Source: Lysobacterales bacterium
Lineage (GTDB): Bacteria > Pseudomonadota > Gammaproteobacteria > Xanthomonadales > Rhodanobacteraceae
Direction of reading: 5' to 3'
NCBI GenBank assembly: GCA_016707485.1
Contig: JADJHN010000003.1
Location: 363,770 to 427,769, forward strand
DNA: 64,000 nucleotides
Shown: positions 1-9,143 of the stretch, in pieces
Layout: the number at the start of each line of letters is the position of its first letter
Numbering within the stretch: the stretch's first letter is position 1
Program-made: the position numbers and the translations under genes
The notes under the pieces: model-generated
The model's input: only the letters and a program-made list of their open reading frames with translations
Databases searched by the model: none
Told to the model about the DNA's origin: nothing

Positions 1-566
1 TCGGCACGGCCGGCACCGGCAAGACCCTGCTCGCCTTGGCCGCGGGCCTGGCCCAGGTCATGGACCAGCAACGCTATCGCGAGATCATCATGACCCGCGC
101 CACGGTATCGGTTGGCGAAGACATCGGCTTCCTGCCCGGCACCGAAGAGGAAAAGATGACGCCGTGGATGGGCGCATTGACCGACAACCTCGAAGTGCTG
201 ACCTCGCCACAGGAAGGTGGTGCCTGGGGTCGCGCCGCGACCAATGACCTGCTCGCTTCACGGATCAAGATCCGCGCCATGAACTTCATGCGCGGCCGCA
301 CGTTCCTGAATCGCTACATGATCGTCGACGAGGCGCAGAACCTGACGCCCAAGCAGATGAAGACGTTGATCACGCGCGCCGGACCGGGCACCAAGATCAT
401 CTGCCTGGGCAATGTCGAACAGATCGATACGCCGTACCTTACCGAAACGACATCCGGCTTGACCTATGCCGTCGATCGTTTCAAGAGTTGGGGACATTCG
501 GCGCACCTGACCTTGCGCCGCGGCGAGCGTTCACGCCTGGCGGACATTGCTTCCGAAGTCCTCTGA
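1..566 (+). CDS. PhoH-family ATPase (PIN-PhoH/PhoH2 type), C-terminal part; 5' end lies outside the window
   Basis: Frame open from base 3 with Walker A GTAGTGKT; later motifs FMRGRT, DEAQNLTPKQMKTLITRAG and GNVEQIDTPYL. Confidence 0.9.
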   Translation, partial: GTAGTGKTLLALAAGLAQVMDQQRYREIIMTRATVSVGEDIGFLPGTEEEKMTPWMGALTDNLEVLTSPQEGGAWGRAATNDLLASRIKIRAMNFMRGRTFLNRYMIVDEAQNLTPKQMKTLITRAGPGTKIICLGNVEQIDTPYLTETTSGLTYAVDRFKSWGHSAHLTLRRGERSRLADIASEVL

Positions 567-610
567 CACGGCAGCGGGATCGTCGCAGGAAGCAAGCGCA
601 GACCGGCTGA

Positions 611-651
611 TGCACGCGGCGGAATCCACAACGCGGGTTCCGCCGTGTGCA
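611..651. repeat. 17-bp GC-rich hairpin between convergent genes (terminator or REP-like)
   Basis: tgcacgcggcggaatcc (611-627) pairs with gggttccgccgtgtgca (635-651), using two G-U pairs. Confidence 0.6.
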
Positions 652-754
652 AACCAGGCGGCACGGCGCATCCATGCGAAAACGTCATCCACGCTTGCAG
701 CCCGGCGCGATCGATTTGCCGGGGCAGAGCTGAAGAACCGGATTGTGGTCGCGG

Positions 755-1945
755 CTAGAAACGCCAGGCCCAGGCGGCCTGATATTCGACCTGGTTGCCG
801 GTCACACGGTTGGCCGAGCGGTAACTCGGCACGCCGAGGAAATAAGGCGCACTGGAATAAATCGCCTGCACGCTGAGGATTGCCTGCTGCCCGGTATGGC
901 GCGAGTAGCCTATGGCCACCGTGTGGTCTGCCGGATCACCGCCAAGCGCATTGCGCAGGAGACTTGACGTTGGCGAGGGCTGCTGGCGAGTCGTGTAGCG
1001 GAGCTCGACATTGCCGAGAGACTGATTGCGCAAGGTCCAGCCGGCCGAATAGACCGTCAGGTCATCCCAGGCGAAAACCGGGCTGACTCCGGAACCGAGC
1101 AAGGCGAGGAAGCGCCGTGGCAGGGCTGGGCTGGTGAACGGCGTGACGTCACTGTAGACGACGCGTTGCGCGCCGACATCGATGCTCATGGCCGGCGTCA
1201 ATGCATAGCTGAAACCCATGCTCGCGCTGGCCGGAATATCAAACTGTCCCGGATCGGAATAGACACCGCGCAAGGACTTGAGCGCATCCATGTTCACGCG
1301 CGACTGGTAGGCCGCATTCCAGCTCAGGCGGTTGGACAGCTCGTTGCCGACATCAAGACGCACGCCGGCACCGTATGAGCTTTCGCCGGGCAGCATGGGC
1401 CAGATCGGCAAGCCATCGCGCAAGGTGGATTCACCAAGGCCGAGGCTGGCGAAACGCTGATAGGCAAGTATCGCTGTCACCCCGAATGATCCCGATGCGC
1501 CCCACTGGCCGGTCAATGAAGGGGCCACGATGGTGCGCTTGAGCGCGACGTCGGAAAATTCGTTACCGACATCAAGGCGCGGGCTGGACAGTGCCGATAC
1601 GCGATTGTCCACGCGCTGTTCGGCAATTGACAGGTTCAGGCGGCCGTTTGCCTGGTTGCCGAGGACGTGCAGGGTCAAGGCAAAATTGGCCAAGGCATCC
1701 TGCGCATCGGTAATCTGCGGCGCATCACGCTCGTTTTCCGGAGCCCAGGCAAATGCCGGCGTGATGCTGGCCAGGGCATAGTTGCGCCAACGCTGGGGCA
1801 CGCTGGCAGCAGACGCTTCGGCAACAGTCATCCCCGGCGACGCATGCGGCACGCTCGCCGCGTTCGCTGCCAGGGAAATCGGGAGCGTCAGCGCGATGCC
1901 GAGCGCTACCCTGATGCTTGATGTTGCTGCTGTTGGCCGCTGCAT
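755..1945 (-). CDS. Outer-membrane beta-barrel, FadL/TodX/OmpP1-like
   Basis: Signal peptide MQRPTAATSSIRVALGIALTLPISLAANA; motifs AYQSRVNMD, GQFDIPA and FAWDDLTVY resemble the FadL family; ends in aromatic WAWRF. Start trimmed from the ORF-track 2452. Confidence 0.65.
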   Translation of the reverse strand: MQRPTAATSSIRVALGIALTLPISLAANAASVPHASPGMTVAEASAASVPQRWRNYALASITPAFAWAPENERDAPQITDAQDALANFALTLHVLGNQANGRLNLSIAEQRVDNRVSALSSPRLDVGNEFSDVALKRTIVAPSLTGQWGASGSFGVTAILAYQRFASLGLGESTLRDGLPIWPMLPGESSYGAGVRLDVGNELSNRLSWNAAYQSRVNMDALKSLRGVYSDPGQFDIPASASMGFSYALTPAMSIDVGAQRVVYSDVTPFTSPALPRRFLALLGSGVSPVFAWDDLTVYSAGWTLRNQSLGNVELRYTTRQQPSPTSSLLRNALGGDPADHTVAIGYSRHTGQQAILSVQAIYSSAPYFLGVPSYRSANRVTGNQVEYQAAWAWRF

Positions 1946-1993
1946 TGCCCTGTTGCTGCGGTTGGAGGAAGGAGTGTCTGTGTCGCTTTGCGG

Positions 1994-2022
1994 ATATTGG
2001 CGTAAAAGCAACAGCGGGTCAA
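1994..2022 (-). promoter_or_regulatory. Possible sigma70 promoter of the barrel gene
   Basis: Minus strand TTGACC-N17-CAATAT; the -10 element is weak. Confidence 0.3.
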
Positions 2023-2140
2023 GTACGCAACAATCACGCCAGCCGATCATTTTCATTGGGCCAGCAGTGCTTTGCGCGAAATATTGCGGACGCATGTCGA
2101 GCTCGTTGTCCGAACCATTTGTTGCAGGAAACCAACACCG

Positions 2141-2968
2141 ATGAAGCCATTCCCTACACGCACGCCGCCACCCTGTGCCATGACCATTGCCGGCTCCGAC
2201 TCCGGTGGGGGTGCCGGCATCCAGGCCGACCTGCGCAGCTTTGCCGCGTTCGGCGTGCATGGGCTCAGTGCGATCACCGCGGTTACGGCGCAAAACACCT
2301 GTGGCGTCACCGATATTGAAATGCTGCCGCAGCGCATCGTGCGCGCGCAGATCGGGGCGCTGCTCGATGATTTCCGCGTCGGTGCCATCAAGATCGGCAT
2401 GCTGGGAACGCCAGCGCTTTGCCGGGCCATTGCCGAAACGCTCGAATCGCATCGCGGGATTCCGCTGATTGTCGACCCGGTGCTGATCGCGACCAGCGGC
2501 GCATCGCTGTCACGCGGCCGGCTGGTCGGCGCAATCCGGCAGTACTTGATCCCGCGCGCGGATTTGCTGACGCCGAATGTTCCCGAAGCCGAGCAACTGG
2601 TCGGCCGCAGCTTGCACAGTCGCGACGATCTGCTCGATGCAGCCCACGCCTTGCGCAAGCGAGGAGCGCGGGCGGTCTTGCTCAAGGGCGGCCATGTGCC
2701 AGGCGCTGAGGTCTTCGATGTGCTGGTCAGTGAATCCGGCACGCGCTGGTTTTCGCACCCGCGCATCGATGTCGAAGGCCACGGCACCGGCTGCACGTTG
2801 GCCGCGGCAGTGGCTGCCGGCGTTGCCAGGGGTGCGTCGATCGAAATCGCGGTGGCCGACGCGATCGAGTTCGTCAATCGCGCACTGGCCCTTTCATATC
2901 ACCCCGGCAAGGGGGCCATCGCGGTGCTGGATCACCTCGCCGCCGCGCCGCTTCCGTTCAATCGCTGA
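2141..2968 (+). CDS. thiD: Hydroxymethylpyrimidine/phosphomethylpyrimidine kinase
   Basis: [53 protein letters not shown]. Confidence 0.95.
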   Translation: MKPFPTRTPPPCAMTIAGSDSGGGAGIQADLRSFAAFGVHGLSAITAVTAQNTCGVTDIEMLPQRIVRAQIGALLDDFRVGAIKIGMLGTPALCRAIAETLESHRGIPLIVDPVLIATSGASLSRGRLVGAIRQYLIPRADLLTPNVPEAEQLVGRSLHSRDDLLDAAHALRKRGARAVLLKGGHVPGAEVFDVLVSESGTRWFSHPRIDVEGHGTGCTLAAAVAAGVARGASIEIAVADAIEFVNRALALSYHPGKGAIAVLDHLAAAPLPFNR

Positions 2969-3968
2969 CGCGCTGGACCAAGGCGTCGGTGAAGCTGGTC
3001 GTTGTCCCGCTGCCACCGAGATCCGGAGTCAGATGATCCTGCGCGGCCAGGGTGGCTCGAATCGCCTCGCGCACCCGTACGGCCTGATCTTCGTGACCCA
3101 GATGACTGAGCATCTGGGCGGCACCCAGCAGCAAGGCACAGGGGTTGGCCACGCCCTTGCCGGCAATATCCGGAGCCGACCCATGCACCGCCTCGAAGAT
3201 CGCCACGTCCGTTCCGATATTCGCGCCCGGCGCAAGGCCAAGACCGCCAACCAGTCCTGCGCAGAGGTCGGAAATGATGTCGCCAAACAAGTTGGTGGTC
3301 ACGATGACGTCGAATTGATGCGGGTTCATCACCAGCTGCATGCAGGTGTTGTCGACGATCATCTCGTTGAAGGCGATGTCGGCATATTCTCGGGACACAT
3401 CGCGGGCCGCCTTGAGAAAGATCCCCGAGGTGGTTTTCATGATGTTGGCCTTGTGCACGGCCGTGACCTTGTGCCGGCGCTGCTTGCGCGCCAGTTCGAA
3501 CGCATAGCGCACGATGCGCTCGCAACCACGCCGCGAATTGCGGATCAGCGATTGCGCGTGCTCGCCATCTTCGGACAAGGTCTGGCCTTCCGAGCCATAG
3601 GCACCCTCGGTGTTCTCGCGCACGGTGATGATGTCGATGTTCTCGTAGCGCGCCTTGGTGCCGGGGAAGGTGATCGCCGGGCGCACATTCGCGTACAGGT
3701 CGAAATGCTTGCGCAATTCGACATTGAGTGAACTGAAGCCGCCGCCAATGGGCGTGGTCAAAGGGCCCTTGAGGGCAACCTTGTGCCGGCTGATCGCATC
3801 AAGGGTCGCTTGCGGCAGCAACTCGCCGACACTCTGCTGCGCCGCCATCCCGGCTTCGACGAACTCGTACTTCAGGCCAAGCTTCAACGCATCCAGCACG
3901 CGCAAGACCGAATCGACGATTTCCGGCCCGATTCCGTCACCACGAATGACCGCAATTGTCTGACTCAT
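2958..3968 (-). CDS. icd: NAD-type isocitrate dehydrogenase (isocitrate/isopropylmalate DH family)
   Basis: MSQTIAVIRGDGIGPEI, LKGPLTTP, TTNLFGDIISDLCAGLVGGLG, FEAVHGSAPDIAGKGVANP. Confidence 0.85.
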   Translation of the reverse strand: MSQTIAVIRGDGIGPEIVDSVLRVLDALKLGLKYEFVEAGMAAQQSVGELLPQATLDAISRHKVALKGPLTTPIGGGFSSLNVELRKHFDLYANVRPAITFPGTKARYENIDIITVRENTEGAYGSEGQTLSEDGEHAQSLIRNSRRGCERIVRYAFELARKQRRHKVTAVHKANIMKTTSGIFLKAARDVSREYADIAFNEMIVDNTCMQLVMNPHQFDVIVTTNLFGDIISDLCAGLVGGLGLAPGANIGTDVAIFEAVHGSAPDIAGKGVANPCALLLGAAQMLSHLGHEDQAVRVREAIRATLAAQDHLTPDLGGSGTTTSFTDALVQRVSD

Positions 3969-4030
3969 CGCTTTCTGAACTCCATGAAACCGGCTTGCCG
4001 AAGGCAGCAAAGGGCGCGCATTATCCGAAA

Positions 4031-5182
4031 ATGATGCCGCATCGCACAACCGACAAAGGACCGCACCGGCCTGCCCTGCGCTGTTTCGCCCTGCTGGCGG
4101 CATTCCTGCTGGCGCTGTCGGAATGCGTCCTGGCGGCGCCTTCGCTTGCCGAGGATGCCTATCTCGACATGCGCCTGGTTGCCGCCTCGGATGTGGCACC
4201 ACAGTGGCCGCCGGACCTGGTCATCTCAGGCATCTGGTCCGACGCCTGCCTGCCCTCGGTGCAGCGCTCACGACTCGCCGGCCAGGATCTCGACATCTAC
4301 CTGCGCAGTGAAAGACAAGTCTGCGCACAAGTGCAGACCCCGTTCGAGCTCAAGCTCAATCCGGCGCGCCTGGCCGGGCGCAGCCAGCTGGGACTGGGTG
4401 TCTACCGCGTGCGCCTGTTCCTTGCGCATGACAACGGCAGCTACCAGCTGATCGCCTTCCGCTTGCTGCGTTCCGGTGGCGAAGATCGCCGTTCGCGCCC
4501 TGAAAGCGGCTTCTGGTGGTCGGTTGCAACCGCCAACAACATTCCCGCCCTGCCCGGCAATGGCCTGTCGATCGAACAGCAGGGCGACACGCTGGCGGTA
4601 AGCTGGCTCAGCTATGAATCCGGAGCGCCGACCTGGTATTTCGGCAGCCAGTCCATGCCCGGAAGGATTGCCCGCATTGAACTGTCGCGCATGGTGGGCG
4701 GTGCCGAAGCCTTCTCCGGGCCGAATTCAGCGCCCGGCATCGAACCGGGCCTGGCCCTCAATATCGAGTTCCTGAGTCCGGCGCATGCCAATGCATGGCT
4801 GGTTCGCGGACAACCGGGATCGAACCGCAGCATTGAAATCCAGGATCTCAACCTGGTTCGCCTGCCGTTTGCGGCCGGCAACCCCGGCAAGGACTGGCAA
4901 GGACAATGGGCATTGGTAGTCGGTGATGAGACCGCGGCACGGATCATCGACTTGACCACGGCGGAAACCGCGGACGCGGAAACCTTCCGCATCCGCGATC
5001 GACTCGGCAGCATCAACCTGCAATGCCGCCTTGAAGACGTGGATGGCCATGCCATTGCCTCGTCCTGCAGCCTGGTTGACGGCGCCAGCCTGCTGGCCGA
5101 TTTTGACCAGGTCGGCCGCGATCGGCTGTCCGGTCAGAATGCCGACGGCATGCCGGTGCGACTGGTCCGCCTGCCACGCTGA
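4031..5182 (+). CDS. Secreted hypothetical protein: Cys-pair Ig-like domain plus SGFWW-type beta domain
   Basis: Hydrophobic signal ALLAAFLLALSECVLA; WSDAC...QVC pair; PESGFWW...GNGLSIEQQGDTLAVSWLSYESGAPTWY. Confidence 0.7.
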   Translation: MMPHRTTDKGPHRPALRCFALLAAFLLALSECVLAAPSLAEDAYLDMRLVAASDVAPQWPPDLVISGIWSDACLPSVQRSRLAGQDLDIYLRSERQVCAQVQTPFELKLNPARLAGRSQLGLGVYRVRLFLAHDNGSYQLIAFRLLRSGGEDRRSRPESGFWWSVATANNIPALPGNGLSIEQQGDTLAVSWLSYESGAPTWYFGSQSMPGRIARIELSRMVGGAEAFSGPNSAPGIEPGLALNIEFLSPAHANAWLVRGQPGSNRSIEIQDLNLVRLPFAAGNPGKDWQGQWALVVGDETAARIIDLTTAETADAETFRIRDRLGSINLQCRLEDVDGHAIASSCSLVDGASLLADFDQVGRDRLSGQNADGMPVRLVRLPR

Positions 5183-5191
5183 AGGTGCACT

Positions 5192-5458
5192 TCAGGCCTT
5201 GCTGGTTGCGCTGATCTCGGCCAAACGGCCGCTGCGATCGGCAGCGACCAGGTCATCGAAACCACCGATGTGCGTGCCGTTGACGAAGATCTGCGGCACC
5301 GTACGCCGACCACCGCTGCGTTCGAGCATTTCCTCGCGCCGCGCGGAATCCGTATCCACGCGGATTTCGCTGTAGTCGAAACCCTTCTGCTTGAGCAGGT
5401 TCTTTGCCGCCACGCAGTAGGGGCAGGCTGCCGTGGTGTACATCTCGACCGAGACCAT
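5192..5458 (-). CDS. grxC: Glutaredoxin 3
   Basis: CPYC active site, RRTVPQIF, HIGGFDDL; 88 aa. Confidence 0.95.
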   Translation of the reverse strand: MVSVEMYTTAACPYCVAAKNLLKQKGFDYSEIRVDTDSARREEMLERSGGRRTVPQIFVNGTHIGGFDDLVAADRSGRLAEISATSKA

Positions 5459-5630
5459 GGGATCACTCCGAATTCAACCAATAGCGCCATGAATGCGGGC
5501 CATTCTGCCCGATTCAATGTCCCATCCGGGGCCAGGCGGGCTGCCTGTTGATTTTGCGGGCATCACGTCCACTTAAGGAACGAAGCACTACACTTGCCGG
5601 CACTTCGAGCGTTTTGTGGAGCGCAATGCC

Positions 5631-7338
5631 ATGTCCCGACTGAAATGGCTGCCGATGCTGATGGCCGCGGCATGCGCAGGCCTCGCCGGCGCGCAGGAAA
5701 GCGGCGTGCGCCTGCCGGATATCGGCAGCTCGGCGGCGTCCGCGGTCTCGCCGGGTGAAATGAAGGAATACGGGGCATCGATGCTGCACGAGATGCGCTC
5801 CTACAACATGGTGCTCGACGATCCGCTGGTCGGCGATTACCTGCATGCGCTCGGCTATCGACTTGTCTCGGTCAGCGATCGACCCGATCTCGAGTTCACC
5901 TTTTTCGTTGTCCGCAGCAACGAGATCAATGCCTTTGCCGCGCCGGGTGGCTACATCGGCGTGAACGTCGGTCTGATGAACGCCATGCACACCGAGGACG
6001 AGCTGGCCGCCGTCATCGCCCACGAAATCGCCCACGTCACCCAGCAGCACCTGTTGCGCGCGTTCGAGGATTCGCGCAAGAGCAGCTTGCCGATTGCGCT
6101 GGCCATGCTCGGGGCCCTGGTGGCGACTTCGGGCCGCAGTGACGATGCCAGCCAGGCCGTACTGATGAGCGGGGTATCGCTGATCCAGCAACGGGCCATC
6201 AATTTCACCCGCTACGACGAGATCGAAGCCGATCGCGTCGGCATCCAGAGCCTGGCGCGCGCCGGTTACGAGCCATTGGCCATGGCCGAGACGTTCGCGA
6301 CCATGCAGCGCGTCATGCGCGTGAACGGTGTCGACATCCCCGAGTTCCTGCGTTCGCATCCGGTCGATGTCAACCGCATTGCAGACGCCAAGGCCCGTGC
6401 CGTCAAGCTCGGCGAAACCGCCGGCATTGCCCGCGCACCGACTTGCGACTGGCGGCCCTGGCACGATGGATGCCAGCCTGCCGCGAACGGGCTCGACGCT
6501 GGATCTGTCCTTGCCAAGCGGGCCATCCGTCGCAGAGGCCGCAATCACCTCGACCCGTGGCAACTCCTTCGAGCTGATGCGGGAACGTGCGCGGACGCTG
6601 AACGCCGATTCGGCAAACGCCATCGTTCGCTATTACGCCGATGAATTGCAACGCAACCCGGACTCGAACACGCTCGCCAATCGCTACGGCCATGCCCTGG
6701 CCCTCGTGCGTGCGCGCCAGCCGGACAAGGCCATCGTGGAATTCGGCAAGCTGCTTGCCAGTGACCCGGACAACTCGGTGTTCCAGTTGGGCATGGCCGA
6801 TGCCGAGGACCAGGCCGGCAAGCGCACCTCGGCGTTTGCCCGCTATGAAAGGCTGAGTGCCAACTTTCCGGGCAACCGTGCCATCGCACTGGCCTTCACG
6901 GATTCCCTGCTGGCTCGCAACGACGCCAAATCAGCACTGCGCGCCCAGGATCTGTTGCGCCCCCTGCTCAGCCGCTACAAGGAAGATCCCGATCTGCAAC
7001 GCAGCTTCGCCCGTGCCAGCGAGATTGGTGGCGACAAGATCCGTGCAGCCGAAGCCTATGCCGAATGGGCGTTCCTCAATGGCCGCGCCGAGGATGCCCT
7101 GAACCAGCTCAAGGCCCTGTCCAGCAAACAGGAACTTACCTATTACCAGCGCGCCCGCGTCGATTCGCGGATCACCGCGATGACCCCGATCGTGCTCGAC
7201 CTGCGCAAGCGTGAGCGGCGCAATGCCGATGACGAGAAGAATGGAGGCTTTTCGGCATCGGCGGTGAATCCCATGCACTGTCGAACACATCGCTGCCCGG
7301 GCGTGTCATTGAGTCGTAACATATCTCCGCTGCAATAG
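5631..7338 (+). pseudogene. bepA: M48 metalloprotease/TPR chaperone BepA, split by a frameshift near 6400-6570 (true lesion or assembly error)
   Basis: First frame: signal peptide, INAFAAPGG, HEIAH zinc motif, EADRVG, SHP. The TPR half (FELMRERAR...RARVDSRI) continues in the +1 frame (ORF 6328-7338). Confidence 0.8.
7303..7324 (+). promoter_or_regulatory. Candidate Pho box upstream of phoB
   Basis: GTGTCATTGAG TCGTAACATAT: GTCA and GTAA half-sites 11 bp apart, about 60 bp before the phoB start. Confidence 0.55.
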
Positions 7339-7383
7339 ACGCGTCACAACGAGGCCATTCTGGCCTCCAGGGCCAGTGATCCC

Positions 7384-8073
7384 GTGCAAAAACGCGTATT
7401 GATCGTTGAAGACGAGCCTTCCATCCGCGACATGGTCGCCTTTGCCCTGAGCAAGGCGGGCATGCAGGGGATCCATGCCGCCGATGCGCGCGCTGCGCAG
7501 TCGGCGATTGCCGACCAGGTTCCCGACCTGATCCTGCTCGACTGGATGCTGCCGGGCATGCCCGGGATTGATTTTGCACGACGCCTGCGCCGCGAGGACC
7601 TGACCCGCGACATTCCCATCATCATGCTGACCGCCCGCGGCGACGAAGTCGATCGCGTCAACGGCCTGGATGCAGGCGTCGACGACTACGTGGTCAAACC
7701 GTTCTCGGCCCGCGAACTGATCGCGCGCATCCGTGCCTTGATGCGCCGTGCCCACGGTGAAGACAGCGCCGGAGTCATCGAGATTGCCGGCCTGCGCATC
7801 GACAGTGCCGCGCATCGCGTCTTTGCCGGCGAGCATATCGTGCCCATCGGCCCCACCGAATACCGACTGCTGCACTTCTTCATGACCCACCCCGAGCGCG
7901 TCTATTCGCGCAGCCAGTTGCTCGACCATGTCTGGGGCGGTGGCGTCTATGTCGAGGAACGCACTGTCGATGTGCATATCCGTCGCCTGCGCATGACCCT
8001 GATGCCGTTTGCCCTGGATGGCTGCGTGCAGACCGTTCGCGGCAGCGGCTACAGATTTTCGGCCAGCGTGTGA
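7384..8073 (+). CDS. phoB: Phosphate regulon response regulator
   Basis: [61 protein letters not shown]. Confidence 0.97.
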   Translation: MQKRVLIVEDEPSIRDMVAFALSKAGMQGIHAADARAAQSAIADQVPDLILLDWMLPGMPGIDFARRLRREDLTRDIPIIMLTARGDEVDRVNGLDAGVDDYVVKPFSARELIARIRALMRRAHGEDSAGVIEIAGLRIDSAAHRVFAGEHIVPIGPTEYRLLHFFMTHPERVYSRSQLLDHVWGGGVYVEERTVDVHIRRLRMTLMPFALDGCVQTVRGSGYRFSASV

Positions 8074-9143
8074 AAAAGCGCGTCGCACTTCGCCGAGCCG
8101 GCTTGTTCGGCATGCTGCGCGCGTTCCGCGATGCAGCGATGGCCTTGCCGGACGGACTCGTCGCACTCGATGGCGAGCGGCGCATCCGCTGGTTCAATAC
8201 CGCCGCCGGCAGCATGCTGAATATCCAGTATCCACAGGATGTCGGCGCGGCCCTGCTCGATGCGGTGATGATTCCAGGCCTCGATGCATGGATCGGCTCG
8301 GGGGCTGCCGAGCCGATGGCGGATGTCACCGCGCCGGCCAATGCCGCCATCCACCTGCACCTGCGCCTGATCCCCTATGCGGAAGATCACGCCCTGCTTC
8401 TGGTTCGCGACATCAGCCAGGCCCGGCGTGTGGAGAAGATGCGCCGCGATTTCGTCGCCAACGTGTCGCACGAGTTGCGCACCCCGCTGACGGTGGTGCA
8501 CGGCTATCTGGAAATGATCGAGCCGGAACAGATTCCCGAGTTCGAAACCATCATCCGCGAACTGCGCAGCCAGTCACGGCGCATGACCCAGATTGTCGAG
8601 GATCTGCTGACCTTGTCGCGCCTCGACGCCGAAGAAAAGCTGCCGAAAACGCGTGTGGCCATGGTGCCGATGGTGGTTGCCCTGCAGCGCGATGCCGAAG
8701 GCCTCAGCCAGGGCCGCCACACGATCAGCACCAGCATCGAAGGCAATGCCGACCTGCAGGGGTCGGCCAAGGATCTGTACAGCGCCTTCTCCAACCTGGT
8801 CAGCAATGCAGTGCGATACACGCCCGTCGGTGGACTCATACGAATTGTGTGGCACAGTGACGCCAATGGCGGTCAACTGCGCGTCACGGATACGGGTCAT
8901 GGTATTCCGGAAGCGCACCTGCCGCGCCTGACCGAGCGGTTCTATCGCGTCTCGACCAGCCGATCGCGCGAGAGTGGTGGCACCGGCCTCGGCCTGTCGA
9001 TCGTGAAACACGTGTTGCAGTTGCATGACGCACATCTGCAGATCGAGAGCGAAGTCGGCGTGGGCAGCACGTTCACCTGCGTGTTCGGTGCAAACCGCCT
9101 GCTTTCGCCAGACTCGCCGGATCTGCCGACCGAGGAGGATTGA
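8070..9143 (+). CDS. phoR: Phosphate sensor histidine kinase lacking its N-terminal membrane region
   Basis: PAS region [65 protein letters not shown]; only 357 aa with no transmembrane segment. Confidence 0.9.
   Translation: MKKRVALRRAGLFGMLRAFRDAAMALPDGLVALDGERRIRWFNTAAGSMLNIQYPQDVGAALLDAVMIPGLDAWIGSGAAEPMADVTAPANAAIHLHLRLIPYAEDHALLLVRDISQARRVEKMRRDFVANVSHELRTPLTVVHGYLEMIEPEQIPEFETIIRELRSQSRRMTQIVEDLLTLSRLDAEEKLPKTRVAMVPMVVALQRDAEGLSQGRHTISTSIEGNADLQGSAKDLYSAFSNLVSNAVRYTPVGGLIRIVWHSDANGGQLRVTDTGHGIPEAHLPRLTERFYRVSTSRSRESGGTGLGLSIVKHVLQLHDAHLQIESEVGVGSTFTCVFGANRLLSPDSPDLPTEED

Noticed and set aside
1946-2140. TPP riboswitch upstream of thiD
   Set aside because: No CTGAGA-type TPP core motif is visible on the plus strand.
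1946-2452. Long N-terminal extensions given by the ORF track (e.g. 755-2452, 16742-18010, 42290-44020, 28861-29787)
   Set aside because: They overlap neighbouring genes or run through promoters and poly-G; downstream starts with an RBS and signal peptide fit better.
6400-6570. Programmed ribosomal frameshift in bepA
   Set aside because: No slippery heptamer or homopolymer and no precedent in this family; an indel is simpler.
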